Assembly: GCF_009914755.1 (NCBI RefSeq)
Contig: NC_060929.1
DNA: 64,000 nucleotides
Source: the human T2T-CHM13v2.0 reference genome, Homo sapiens
Strand: one strand, 5' to 3'
The translations under genes were made by a program, and so were the position numbers. Shown here one piece after another: positions 47,804-62,497 of this stretch. Under the pieces are notes generated by a model. It was not told where the DNA came from. It made no database searches and was given only the letters and a program-made list of their open reading frames with translations. Position 1 is the first letter of the stretch, and the number at the start of each line of letters is the position of its first letter.

Positions 47804-50800
47804 AGAGAAAAGCTTCCATTTTTGGACATAAGAATTTTTTAGACTTAACCCAAAATATTTCTATGTGTTGATTTGGGGAATGTATGAATAAACGTCCCTG
47901 GTCAGGTTTTTCTTTTTGTAGAAAACGGGAAAGGTAAGCAGGTCCATGCCTGTTGCATGAAAGAGATGCTGGGTTAGGATTATGAAGACAGTGGAGCTAG
48001 GTTTGTACACAGCCGGAGAGAAATAGTGATTCAGAGCTGTTATTATTCCTACAAGGTCAAAAGAAATGGAAAAGGTTTGTAACCCATGTACTCTATTACC
48101 AGCATGAACATACCCATAAATACATTTGATTCCTTTCTAGAACATCTCAAAGAGTTTGGAAATATATGTACACAGACACCATACAAAGATAAATTTTAAA
48201 ATGTGAGCTTTTAGCTTTAACTTTCTAAAGCCTACATTAAAGTGTTCAAATACAAATTTTGTTTTGCGTATGTGTTCTTAACAGACACAAATGACAGGAT
48301 TCTCATAAAATGCTTAAAGGCAGAAAAAGAATATAAAAGATAAATAACTTCAAAGAAAGATATTTCCTTAACATATGTATATTCATCTGAGTATCTAATA
48401 AGTAAACAACTGTTCATGCATATCATATCTGCAAGGATTATTCACTAAGAGTTTCCATATACTTAAGCAAGCATACATACATACCAAATAATTGAGCATA
48501 ATGCATTTTTAATAGACTCTTATTATACCAAAAACATTTTCGTTAAGATGATATAACTGTATTATACTTTCAATAATAATTCAATATTATTAAAAGTTGT
48601 AAAGAAAAAATACAGCATAAAGGAAATATTAGTCTTCTGATATAATTTCTTTAGCTACTGATTTTAATTAACATTAAGAACTGCTCATATTTACCAGTGG
48701 GAGTTAATGCTTGCTTATTAGCCAATATATATATTGTTCATTTATATTACCTTGGGGCAGGGATTGAGGAAGAGTAAGAGACAGCTAGTAGATTTTTTTT
48801 ATTCAGAAATTATATACTTTTTAATATATCTGTTTTATTCCTCAGAAAAGAAATGCTTTTGCCTAAAACAAAGTATATCTTTAGTAATCTTTTTATGTTT
48901 AATTTTTTGATTATTTTGAAAAATTTGAAATTTGTACATATACTGCAAGTTAAAAATCAAAGTTACAATTAAAACTTAAGTTTAAGTAACCAGAGATATA
49001 TAATAATATCATACAGAGTGGCAAAAAATTTACAAGCATGTCCTAGGTGGTGAGATATCAAATTTTATTTCAGTAGTCAAACAGAAAAAAATACATCTTT
49101 AGAGATTTTATGAGGGGATGCATTTTAATATATAATTAATGATTAATGATTTTCACTACAAAGTTACCATGGTGTTATTAGAAATTCTCAGATTCAAATA
49201 TGTTATAATACAAACATGGTAACTTCTAGAAATCACCAATCTAAATATATGATGCTTTGTTAAAGGGAAATAATGAGAACGGGGTTGAAATCACTGAATC
49301 CTTTCTTCTATGATTTAAAAATTACTATTCCTATATTTGAAAATCCATTAGCTTGAAAGCTTTTTGGCAATTCCTTGCTCCTTCACTATATAAAGGAAAA
49401 AGCAAAGGATTTCACTGAACAAGTTTTTACCAGCTATTTTACCTTTTTCATGTTTCCCAGTACCTCACAGCAAAACCCCCGTTTCCCCAGAAATGTTTAG
49501 AGTGTAAGCACGGTGAACATACTTCAGACTCAGATCACCATTCCCCTGCACAGAAGAGTCTGGAGAAGGTGTTCTTCCAGTGTAAGGTCCTGAGTATGAC
49601 CTGAGCAGTAATAAAACAGCAGGCATCATACAGCATCCTTCCTGATAATTACACAGAGGTCACAATCCTTTATTTCTCACCAACTACTGAATTACATTTC
49701 TCCAATTTGGGTCCATACAAGAAGCTGATTATGTATAAATTTAAGGGGAAGAAATACAGCAATTTTGACTAAATTATATGTCAGAAAGTCTGTTCAGCTC
49801 AAATGCATATGTATACCTATTTGTAGTTGCTCATGGTCACTTGCATTTGGGGTTGTCGTTCAGTCCTATAAACGGTTTTCAATGGATCTCCTGTTGCACC
49901 ATACACTTGTTGGTTGTATACAGTCAATGGTTCTTCCACATAGCTAAGCGAAAGCACTTCCCAGCATCTGAATTAGCTTGTTTGATCATGAGTTGCTGTG
50001 AAATATATAGACTCTTCTGATTTCTGAGGTAAAAGAGCTCTCCTCCACTCATGAGATTATTTTATATCTAGTAGAAGCTTAAGATATATATTCAGTCATT
50101 CAGATACGCAAATTTAACCACCAGAGACAAGTAAATTATGCAAGATGATGTACATTCCATTTCAGCTGGAAAAAATGTACAAACACTATACAATTCCAAT
50201 TCAGAGAGCTACACTTGCACCAAGTTGAGAGGCACTGAAAAAAGTTGCAACGTAATATCTGTGTTTACACAGATTGGATTTAGTTTTGAAGAGCTGTTCT
50301 TAAGTACTTGAAGAGGTTTTCCATCTTAATACTTTTATATGCCTTTTTCATTGGTATTTTCATAATTTTCTCCCTAAACTACCAAACATATACTAAATCT
50401 CCAGAAAACAGTTACAGCTTTTATAATTTTTTCATATTTTTATGATTTATATACTATTAACAATTTTAGACATTCTAAGTTTAGATCACTCACAAATCTA
50501 ATTTTTCAATATAAGATCATATTTCCTCATATATGTTATTTACATGAATAGTAACTCTATTTATAAACACTGGCTAGATAAATTACACACAACTCAGGTA
50601 TATACTTCATTATATAGCTATATATTGCTGAAACTTTTACAGGACACCTTAAAACAGCAAATGACATTATCTAACCACTTGAGGTTATTGCTCTTGTATA
50701 ATAAACATTTAATTCGCTCCAGAGTTTTTAAAGTATGAATTCCAGAATTTCCAAAGTAAACAAAAGAAATATGATCTCTAACATTTTAGTATCAAATTTT

Positions 50801-52082
50801 ACAAAACAGAATTATTAAAGTAGAAAGAGATTTCTATGGCTTATGATATAGAGTGACACCAGTGATACCACTGAGTGAAATCACTGATGTCATGTTTTTC
50901 TGTAAAATTTAACTTCTACACTTTAACAATATTCAGAAATAGTGACCTGTTAAAAAACAGTATACACAAAAATGTCCTGATTTGTAGTAGGTGTTACTAA
51001 ATATGCTTTCTAAAACCATTATGAATTATGGTAGCAGAATTTAATTACAACCACACAATAATCAAATTCAGCCATGACACATTTCTAAATCTTTGCCAAA
51101 AGTAACCTTTTTGTAAATTCACATAGGCTTTGATGAAACAGAAAACTGGTCTGGAGGAGGATATTGTCCTACATCTTGACAGAATCCTACATTTGTCTTA
51201 CCAGTTCCTCACTAAATGCATAGCTAATAGGTTGGAGGTAATGGGCATTTTCTTGATAATTAGCTGTGTAGGCAAATATGTTTTTTGGCAGATCATATAA
51301 ATGTTGATTTAAGGACCAGCCAATAAAGAGTGCTAAGCTGTAAAACATTCATTGCTCAATTTCCCACAGATTTGGTTGAAAAATGCTCAAGTTCAGATTT
51401 CCATTGTCACCAAGTAACAGACTACTATTTTATGGTACGAAATATATTTCACCTATAATTGATATATAGCTGCTTAATCATTTCCATATTTGACAAATTT
51501 GTACTATTCATATTAGTATTACTTATAATAATGAATAGCACCAGGAAAATCATCCTGGACCACTGTTTCATAGTGAAACTAATCAAACTCCTCATTTTCT
51601 TAAACACATAAAGCAATGCATGTCCCACTGAAACTAAGGAATCTATAATGTATATAAAGTTAGTAAAGACAAGTGGTAACCTATTGCAAACACCAGTAAA
51701 TTTTAGTTTACATCTACGTTTAAGAGATCATCTTTAAAGAAAATGGTTTCAAGCTGGAAGCAAGATACACTGTTTTAAAAACAAAAATAGTACAAGATAA
51801 CTGGCATATACTCTAGCAATTTTCTTTAACGTAGCTTTTTCAAATATAATCTAGTCTTCAGTGCACTCAAACTGCAGAAACATCCAAATTAGGGGGAAAA
51901 AAAAGCAATACTTATCCTTGCAAAAAGGGCCTATACTCAAAAGAAACATCTGAATAAAATTGAGACATCTGCAGTAAAGTTTTACCTTCTCCCTAGAATG
52001 TTTGAGATGAACTCAGTGTAACACTGTCTTCCAAGAAAAGACAAAGTGATCAATGCAAGAACACATCAGGCTGCCTTGGACA

Positions 52083-52214
52083 GGCCAATCAATGCAAGAA
52101 AAAACCTTGCCCAGGGCCTTATGCAAATAGAAGCACGTCCTGCAACCTAGGGAGGGAACATGCGCAATAGATCAATTGGATATAAAAAACCTTACGGCTA
52201 TATCGGCTTCAGAC
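52083..52214 (+). promoter_or_regulatory. Promoter-like module: CCAAT, octamer, reverse CCAAT, TATA, Inr
   Basis: ggccaatc 52083, ATGCAAAT 52121, attgg 52175, TATAAAA 52181, ttcAga with A at 52211. Confidence 0.35.
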
Positions 52215-53340
52215 AGTAAATATATACTGATGAATATCTCATACTGCCCGCGAATTCTTAAAATGGGTTATTTTTAATAGCTAGTTAAAAACTCTTCCTG
52301 GGATCTGGAGTGCAGCAAAATGGAAGAAAATATCACAAGAGAAATACTCAGCATTACTTTTAAGACTGTGCAAATAAAATTCTGATTTCTTAAATTTCTT
52401 GGCATAGCTGAATTTTGCTGACATTTCAGAAGGTTAAGTTTTAAGTATGTTTGTATTCGAGAACAGGAAATAATCTAAAAAAAAAAAAAACCCACATACA
52501 ATCCCAGGTAGTTTTTGAACAAAGAAAAAAATAAAAATGTTATGGGAGAAATCATTCAAAATGTAAAATTATGGTCATCATTCATTAAAAACTCACCCTA
52601 TCACCAAAGATTATTCTCTATAGTGTTTAATGTATTGATACAGGAACAGTTTTTCTTTTAAAGTTAATGTTTGTATCTCCATGAATCTCTTAAAAACCTG
52701 ATTAGAATGTATAATAACCTTAAGACCTAGTTAGTACACAAAGTTAGTATACAAAGCTCTCTATCCCTGTCAAAGGGTCTTGAAGGCAAGTCAGGTAATT
52801 TATAAGGCTGTATCAAAAATGCTCCATTATCAGGCCTTCAAGGGAATAATAAATAACTGAGTGTAAAATTTTTCTCTAAATATTTTTATTTTTTGTTTTT
52901 ATTAAAACCAGCTGTTTCTTAGGAATTTCATGATTTAAAGAGCCTTTTATAAGTTAAAAAATCAAAATATTTTAAACAGGAATTATGCCAGCAACTATAA
53001 TATAGATACTACCAAGCAAATAAGAAAACTGTAAATATCTATTAGTACATTTACTTTAATTGTCTTCTATTCTGGAATTTTAAATTTGAAAATTTAGCTG
53101 TAGATGTACTTTCAATCAGGTATGTAGCAAATATTTCTAATATTAAAAATAAATTACATGATTCTTCTTTTAGCTATTGGTGTATGGGATATTCCTTGGC
53201 AAAACACTACATAAAATATGAAAATCAGTCCTCTACTGTACAGTTCACTATTTGAAGCAGTTTACTTAGCCATTAAAAGGATGTAGACATCTTAAAACAC
53301 TGATTTATTTAACTAGTGGAAAGGAATATGAAACTATGCA

Positions 53341-53486
53341 CGATATATCGGTACTATGCTCACTATCTGGGTGACAAAATCATTTGTACACCAAACTCCA
53401 ATGACATGCAGTTTACCCATGTAACAAACCTGCACATGTACCCCTGAACCTAAAAGATTGAAAAATAAATAAAATATTTTTAAAAA
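53341..53486 (+). mobile_element. L1PA15/16-like 3' end fragment
   Basis: ggtactatgctcactatctgggtgac...tgtacccctgaacctaaaa; TSD gaaactatgYa at 53330-53340 and 53487-53497. Confidence 0.82.
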
Positions 53487-54472
53487 GAAACTATGTAGGA
53501 TAAACAAAGCTCACTTTTTATTTGTAACATTTCTAGTGCTTTCTACATTGGTAAGATTTTAAGTTTCAGTTTAACCTAGTAAGATTTTTTCCCTAAGGCA
53601 TAACTAAACACGTCATTCATTTGATCCTCTTAGACTCAAAGCTTTAAAAAAACTTTACTATTTTATGTGGGGAAAGCATAGAGATAAAAAAAATCAAAGT
53701 AATATAATACTCTTTTATAGCTTTTCAAGTATTAGGTATCAGATGAAGTGCTTATAATAAATCAGAAAGGCATGAAGTAGCAGGTTAATTATAGGGACTC
53801 AAATGTTTCCCTTTTTCCTATTTTAATTTCAAATATAGGAATTTTGAGTTGTCTGGTATTCACAGTGAAATGTAAACTCTAATTTACAGTAAGTAAAATA
53901 CAAAAGACCAAGCAACTATGGTTTCACGTCTTGTTAAAATATTTAAATCATTATATTTTCTCCAATATATGGGACAAAATAAAAGAAAAACAATTTTAGA
54001 ATATTATCGTCTAATATTTGATATGTACTGACATTGTGATAAGCATTGAGTAATGAAATTCTGTATTTTTTGAGATCAATTGTACAATGTGTGCTTCTTG
54101 CTTTTAAAAGCACATTTTCAATTTAAAAGGTAGGTATCAGGTATGTTGTTTAGCCTGCCAAAGAATTTTGTGCTTTACAAATAAAAAGGCAAAATTTCTT
54201 TAAATGAAGAGTTCCTTCACCAATTAAAAATATCCTAAATTTATTACAAATTTTCGTTGTGTAGGTTTCGTTTTTTTTTTTTTTTAAACCCAATTAGAAT
54301 GAAGTGTGTGTCATGGGTAAATTGACTGGTTCTGAGACTAGGCTGACTTGGACTAATTGTGTCCTTTGTGCAACCTTCCATAGATTCCTCAATCTTTCTA
54401 TCTGTCAAACAAGGCTCATCATACCTACCTGATAGAGTTAAACTTAGGTTGTACAATGCCTTGCTAAATAAT

Positions 54473-54781
54473 GGTTTGGTTTTGTTTTGCTTTTGGAGAC
54501 AGGGTCTGGCTCTGTCATCCAGGATAGAGTACAGTGGTCCAACCACGGCTCACTGTATCCTTGAGCTCCTAGGCTCAAGCAATCCTCCCACCTCAGCTTC
54601 TTGAGTAGCTGAGACTACAGGCATGCATCATAATATCCAGCTATTTAAAAAAATTTTTTGTAGAGATGGGGTCTTACTATGTTTTCGGGGCTGGCTGGTC
54701 TTGAACTCCTGGGCTGAACTGATCCTTTCACCTCAGCCTCCCAAAGAGCTGGGATTAAAGGCATGAGCCACTGTACCTGGC
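54473..54781 (-). mobile_element. AluJ-like SINE
   Basis: Reverse Alu dimer; taaataat on both flanks. Confidence 0.88.
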
Positions 54782-54847
54782 ATAAATAATATTTAATGAC
54801 CAAATGTACAAGAATCCTGCCTAATCTAGTGCTCTTTTTTTTGAGTG

Positions 54848-55130
54848 ACAGTATAGCATGGTGGTTATGAGCATGGACTTTGGAGCCAGAAAGCCTGGGT
54901 TTCAATTCTGGCTCCCTCACTAGCTAGTTGTGTGATCTTAGGTAAGTTACTTAATATTTCTGTGGGTTAGTTTCCTCATATGCAACTGAGGTTAGTTTCC
55001 TCATATGTAAACTGAGGATAATAATGTAGTTACATCACAGGGTTGTTATAAGGGCTACATGAGTTAATATTTGTAAAGCACTTAAAACAACGCCTGGTAC
55101 TTGGTAGGTGCTATTCTACATAGCTATTAC
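54848..55130 (+). mobile_element. Near full-length MIR with an internal ~25-bp tandem duplication
   Basis: acagtatagcatggtggttatgagcatggactttggagccaga head through tagctatta tail. Confidence 0.88.
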
Positions 55131-55749
55131 TTCCAGGTGTAACTTATGGATATGGATAATATGAAGGAGCAAATGCTGATAGCAGAGACTGTTCCAGCGA
55201 GATATAAAAGGTCAATTCGATTTAGTTGGTATTAGAAGACCGCTGTCTCTTTGAAGCATGGAATGAGCCACAAAAAAGAGCCAACCAGGGGTTTGGCCAA
55301 CGAAACTCATCTACTTTCCAGATCCTCATCAAGTGTTTTCAATTTTCCTGCTTAAACTAAATTTCCAGAGCACCACATCAAAACATATTCAAAATTTAAA
55401 TATAAATGATTTGGAGACTGTCTAATTTTACATTTTCCACACCTTATTTCCCCTTCACTAGTTTGAGTAATGAAAAATCGATTAAAATTGAAAGCCTTAG
55501 TTGGAAGGCACAAAAAGAATAAGCAATAAAGAGAGAATAAAAACTAAATCATCATATAACTCAACAGAGAAATGTAGAATTGAACCCTGAAATACGTGAA
55601 AAACCGGGACGTTGTCTGAGGGTTAAAAGTCACTACAATTAGTACAATACACTATTTATTTATTTTTCACAGGTACTTGATGAGAAGGAAAACAAAAACC
55701 TAACTGTTACAAAGTGAGGTCATACTTTTAACGGGAAAAATATATATTT

Positions 55750-55860
55750 CATGTTTCTCATCTGTAAAATGGGGATAACAGTATCTCATAAAAGTGTTAT
55801 GAGGATTAAATGAGATAAAGTATACAAATTGCTTAGGATAGTGCCCGGTGCATTATCATT
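55750..55860 (+). mobile_element. MIR core fragment
   Basis: tctcatctgtaaaatggggataacagta...tgaggattaaatgagataa. Confidence 0.75.
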
Positions 55861-56728
55861 TAAGCATGAGAGATGCTGATGATCAGCATAAGGATGATGC
55901 CACTGCCTTCTGATTCGCAAGAGACTCATAAATCCTAGTTCTATTTTAAAAGTTTATCCTTAAAGACACTACTATGAATTTTTTAGAACTGTTCTTGACC
56001 CAGTCATGTCTTAGGCCATCATGGCTGGCTGACAGATTACATGTATTCATACTGATAGCAATGACAGAATTCTATGAGAGTGAGGCAGAACTCTTAACAC
56101 AGTAATTGGATATGAAGGTATCTGTTCTGAGAATCTACTGTGAGATCTTAGAGTAAACACACATGCTACCAGATGTTAAAGTTTACAATATACTAAAGAT
56201 ATCTAATATATTACTACATATTTAATATGTAGACATAATATAAATATGTTTAATATTTGGATAGATGCCCTACAATGTGTAATAGGAAGCAAACCTGAAA
56301 ATTTGAGGCTGAGCCTAGAACAGTGGTAGAAACTTTCATTACACTATCAATGATAATTGGAACAGGAATTTTTTCCTGAGATAAACTGAGCAGTAACACA
56401 ATGGTAATATATAGGCCACTGATCTCACATTATTTTATTTTCACAATTTACAGGGCATCATTTGATGGAGAAAGTCAAGTTTTCTTTGTTGTCGGCAGAC
56501 AGGCTACTAGAAACCTTTAGAAAATCAACATTTACACTTATAAAGAATCCCAACTGGAAAGGAGTCAAGACTGGGGATTTCTACGGTAGGAGAAAGTTGA
56601 GTGTGTTTTATCTTTCTGCCCGGCACAGAAAGATAAATATAAAGTTTTTCTTCTAATGCAGTTGTCTGGTGAATGCAGTATGGAAATTTGGAGAAAATAG
56701 AAGTTAGATATTGAGACTTCTGGAAATT

Positions 56729-56810
56729 TAGGCACAAATAGGCATATTAGAAGTTTAATATGCCTATTTAGGCACAAATATTAGAAGTTTAATATGCCTA
56801 TTTGTGCCTA
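56729..56810. repeat. Compound palindrome: 21-bp perfect inverted arms around a duplicated hairpin core
   Basis: taggcacaaataggcatatta (56729-56749) pairs with taatatgcctatttgtgccta (56790-56810). Confidence 0.92.
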
Positions 56811-56961
56811 CATATCCATTTAAATCATCTGACTCGATTATAAAATTGTCACTAAAATATTGAATAGCAATTTTTATTTGTATTCTAATGCTCTTTAACA
56901 AGCTTCTTCATGAGAAAAATTCATATAAGGTATGGAAAAACTAAGAAGAAATCTGAATACA

Positions 56962-57893
56962 CTAATCTTAGGAGGTAATTAGATTTAGAAGAGGCCATGA
57001 GGATGGAGCCCCCAAGATGGGGTTAGTGTCCTTATAAGAAGAGGAAGAGACTAGAGCTTTCTCTCACTCTTTCTGCCATGTGAGGACACAATGAGAACAT
57101 GGCTATAGGCAAACCAAGAAGGCCCTCAATGAATCCCAACCATGTTAACACCCTTATTTAGGACTTCTCAGTCTCCAGAACTCAGAGAAATAAATGTTGT
57201 TTAAGCCACCTGTCTATGGCATTTTTGTTATATCATTGGTAGACATATGTACCTTAAAGTCAATTCTGATGAGGTCTCAGATGAAAATGAGAAACATGTT
57301 ACCGGACAATGGAGAAAAGGTAATCCTTGAGATAAAGTGGCAAAGAACTTGGCTGAATTGTGTGTTCTAGTGTTTTCTAGAAGGTAGAACTTGTGACAAT
57401 AAAATTGAATATTTAGCTGAGGAGATTTCTAAGTAAAGTGTTAGAGGAGCAGCTTGTTCCTCTTGATTGCTTATAGTGAAAATGTAAGAAGAGAGAAATG
57501 AGCAAGAAATTATTAAGAAAAAAGGATAGAGAGCTTATAGATTTTGGAAATTCTCAGCCTATCCATATTGAACAAAAGAGAAAGGATGTTCTGAAGAGAG
57601 CACTAAGGATGTGGCTGAACAAACATTTGATAAGGAGATTAGCATGGCGTGAACCACAAACTTAATCAAATATCCCAGCAGGAAAACTGTCAGTTTGACC
57701 TACAGGGAAAGAAGATGGGACTGTGGGAAGGCAACTGTCTACAAGACAGGAAGTATGCCCTCACTAGAGCCTGGATCTGCTGGTACTTTTATTTTGGGTT
57801 TCCTAGCCTCCTGAACTGTGAGAACAAATGTTTGTTGTATAAGCCACATACTCTATAATATTTTTGTTATAGGAGCCCAAAATGACCAAGATA
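56962..57893 (+). mobile_element. MaLR element (MLT1A/MST-like): LTR, internal fragment, partial LTR
   Basis: LTR motifs (agtgtccttataagaagagg; gaactgtgagaacaaatgtttgttgt) flank MaLR internal sequence (ataaagtggcaaagaacttggctgaattgtg). Confidence 0.78.
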
Positions 57894-58834
57894 ATGAATA
57901 AATACTTAAATAAGCAAACTAATTTCTAGAGGGTATGAGCCTTACCTTAACTTAAGCCTAACTTAATCACAGAAAACATAACTGAAATTTGGGGTTCAAA
58001 TAAGGTTCTGCTAGTTTCTTTGATTAGAGATTTCAGTATCTTCTCAGTTGAATTCCTAATCAATTTCCATTAACAGCGCTTCTAAGTGTTCAAAATTTCA
58101 GGGCCACAGACTGTACCTTCTGTGCACTCAGTGAGACTGACTCTTGATGTCCCTGTTTTTCAACTTAAATGATCAATTTTGTTCTCTTGTCCATCTTTTT
58201 TCTCTATCTTGTGGCTCAGGCCTTACTTTCTTCATTTGGACCCAACATAGCACCATTTGAGATCTGGTCCTGATAATTCATTTATAAATAAATCTACAAT
58301 CAACAACTATTTCTTGAGTATATACTCATTGTATGTCCAGCCAGGCTAGGCAGCATGGCATAAACCCATGAAAATAATACATTTGTTATTTATTTTCTAC
58401 CAGTTAAAAAAAGAATTCTAAGGTTGCATCAAGCAAAAGATAACTATGTATTAGGATAATGAATAGGAGACTGAGGCTGAGAATAAATTACTGAAATGGA
58501 AAACTAACCATAGCTCTGGGTTTCTGGGAGATAAAGGCAAAAATGTATTACATAGCTATTATTTTCTAACAAAAAGAACATATCAGTTCATCTATACAAA
58601 TGGTTTTTCCTAGTACTTACCTCTAAGACAAATTTACTGTATGGATCTTTATACTGTGGACCTTAACATAATGACCTCTTAGCTATTATCCCACTTCACA
58701 AATATCCCCTATATTATTCTCTTTGTTTAAAAATGTTTCCTATTTAGACTAAAACCTTCTTGAGGCCAGAGACCATGTGTTCTAATGTTTCCCCAGTACT
58801 TGTATGGAGTGGGTATGTTCAACTGAATCAGTAA

Positions 58835-59272
<438 letters not shown>

Positions 59273-60859
59273 TAAGCTAAATTCATTCAATAGAAGTGTT
59301 AAAAACCTGTAACAGAAAATATGAAGTGAGAACAATTGATATACATGTAGGGGTTAAAAATCTCCAACTCTGAAAGTTAAAATTACAGAGACCTAGAAGA
59401 GTATCACTTTGTTACTCTGAGACCAAAGAAGGTGTTAGACCCATAGTGAACATTTGGCCATAAGAGAAGGAAAAATGATAGTCCTTCCTCTCCATTTCCT
59501 TTATTGCCACAGAAACCAGATAACCAGGGTACCAAAGACCAGTCCAGAGTATCTTACATGTCCTCAGAATGCAGTATTCTACTTATTCCATTCTAATCTA
59601 AGCCACATAATCAGACTTCTGCCTTGATTTGTTCACAATCCTTCTGATTTTTATGCCTATGATAATAGCTTATTTCTTTCCCTGAGAAAGATCCCATTTT
59701 GAAACTCCCAGGCAATGAGTGAAGCCTTAAACCTTTTACCTTGTGAATCCTCCCCCTGGTACTGGATCCTGTTTATTTTTTCTCCTTCATTTCCTATAAA
59801 GGAGTGAGGTGGGATATGGTGAAGGAAAATAGGCACTCTTAAAACCAATTACTAGATTTTGTTTGCTCGGTCATTACCCATTGCCTTGATTTTCTGTTCC
59901 CCACAACCAGATTGTACTTCCTGATTCAAACCTGAGCTTACCATACTCTGATATAACTCCCTGGTGAGAGCTCACCTTCCATTCCCTCTAAAGCCAACCT
60001 CTACAGCTGAAGTAGCTCCTCCTGAAACTATCCTGAACTCTAGTAATAAGATCTTTACTCAAATCTGGCTTCCACTCTTGTTCTCTCAAGCCTTCCCTTA
60101 ACAAAGATCAAGTATGCTTTGAGTCTAAATCCACCTGGCTCCTCTGAGTTAACTTGAATAAATTATTTAATAACGATTGGATCCTAACTTTTAAAAGTTA
60201 AATAGCTTTGATTGTGAATTCTTTTTGTCCCCTAGAAGTCCTTTCCAATTTGAGATGTCTGAGGTGCACTGTGCCTGGGAATTTTATTTGGGAGAGGGCT
60301 TACAATGAATGATCATTTTAAGGTTACAAGAACACTAAAAACAGCCCTATTATCAACTGAAATGTGTTTTTCTACATTCCTTCTTATAAAAGGCTTACAA
60401 TAGTCAATCATAGTCTCATATTTGCAGTAAAATACAAAATCTATCATTAAGATCTTTTATAATACCAATGGAAAAAAGAAATATTTCTTATGTAATGATT
60501 TATATTTAACAAATTAATATGTCAATTCCTTTGAGTTCCCCTTAACTTGTTATTGTGCTAATTTTGCCAGGCAATCCTTGGTTTCCTAGCAGTCTTTGTG
60601 GAATCAGGAGACAGAGTGACCAATCTCTCAGCTACAAACAATGCAGGGAAGGCAGTAGGACCTGAATGCAGCTCATCTACTATGTGGACACTAAGAAAAA
60701 CCTGTTCCAAAGGTAATTCCAATGGCGTAATATGGGTCCTTTATTCTACAAAAAGATCCTTATTAAAGATTAGTGAAATTTTTCTCCACTTCAGCAGCCT
60801 TCCAAACAATAGAATCTTGGTGTGCATGAAGGATATAAAAGGATATAAACATTAAGGAG

Positions 60860-62497
60860 CACACTAGGTTCTTAAGGGAAATAACCTATCAGGAATGAAA
60901 ACAATCACAACTAATATCATACTTAATGATGAAATACCGAACAATTTCCTCTTAAGATCAGGAACAAGACAAGGATGTCCATGCTAGCCACCTTTATTCA
61001 ACCTTGTACTAGAGGTTCTAGCCAGGGGAATTTGGCAAAAAAACAAAAATATATAAATTAATTAGATAAACATGCATCCAGATTGAAAAGGAAGAAGTAA
61101 AACTATCTGTATTCACGAATGATATGATCTTGAATATGAAAACTCCTAAGGAATACACACAAACACACACACACACACACACACACACTGATTAGAACTA
61201 AAAATAGTGAATTCAGCAAGGTTGCAAAATACAAGACTAACATATAAAAATAAATCATGTCTCTATCTACTAGTACTGAATATGAAAATAAAATAAACAA
61301 TTTCAGTTAGAATAGCTTCAAAAATAATCAAATACTTAGAAATAAATTTAAGAGGAGAAGCTTAAGACTTGTACACTGAAAACAACAAAGCATTTTTGAA
61401 AGAAGACCTAAATAAACGGAAAGAAAGCCCATTGTCACGGATTAGAAGACTTAAGATTGTCAAGATGGCAACACTCCCCAAATTAACCTATTTAATCAAT
61501 CCCAATACAAATCTCTGCTTTTTTATTTTTGCAGAAATTAACAAATCAGTCCTAAAATTCATATGGAAAAGCAAGACCTAGAACAGCCAAAATCATCTTG
61601 AAACAGAATGAACAAAGTTGGAGGATCTACTCCCTGATTTCCAAACTTACCACAAAGCTACAGTAATCAAGTCAGTGTGGTACTGGTATGAAGACAGGCA
61701 TATATATGGAATAAAATACAGTCCAGAAGCAAACCCTTACATTTATAGTCTATGGATTTTGACAAGGGTGCTAAGACAAATCAGAGAAGAAAGAAGAGTA
61801 TTTTTCAATAAGTGGTGCTGGGATTAACTAAATATCCATATTCAAAAGAATTAAATTGGACCCTTACCTCACACAATATACAAAAACTAGCTTAAATGAC
61901 AAAAACAAAAACTAGATAAATTGGACTTCATCAAAATTAAAACTTCTGTACTTTGGAGGAAATCATCAAGAAAGTGACTTAGTCATCCAGAGAATGGGAG
62001 AAAATTTTCACAATCATTTATCAATAAGAGATTTGTACCAATATATAAAGACCTATGAAAAATCAAAAATAAAAATGATAACCCAATTAAAATTGAGCAA
62101 AGGATTTGAGTAGACATTTCTCCAAAAAATACAAATGGCCAACAGCACATAAAAAGAGGCTCAACATCATTATTCATCAGAGAAATGAAAAAGAAAAAAA
62201 AAAAACTACAGTGAGATGCCACTTCACACCCACTAGGATAGCTAATATAAAAAAAGACAGATAATAATAAGTGCTGATGAGGATGTGCAGAAAGTGGAAC
62301 CCTCATACACTGCTGGCAGGATTGTAAGTATGGGGAGAAATGGGTAATGGGTATGGAATTTCTTTTGGGGTGATAAAAATGTTGTAAAATTAGATAGTAA
62401 TGATAGTTGTACAAGTCTGCAAATATGCAAAAAGACTTTGAACTGTATATTTTATTTAAAGGATGAATTTTATGGCATGTAAGTCATATTTCAATAA
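60860..62497 (+). mobile_element. Ancient mammalian L1 (L1MB-like), ORF2 to 3' end, with an (AC)n at ~61155-61188
   Basis: Remnants LPDFQTYHKATVIKSVWYW and FNKWCWD; L1MB-type 3' end ...ttcttttggggtgataaaaatgtt...tcaataaa. Confidence 0.85.

Noticed and set aside
49480-50030. Coding-looking unique sequence as a missing exon or retrocopy
   Set aside because: The frames I translated close within about 80 codons and match no FAM172A or other peptide I recognise; no poly(A) or TSD.
58612-58625. Consensus minus-strand donor GAG|gtaagt
   Set aside because: No convincing acceptor at exon distance upstream.
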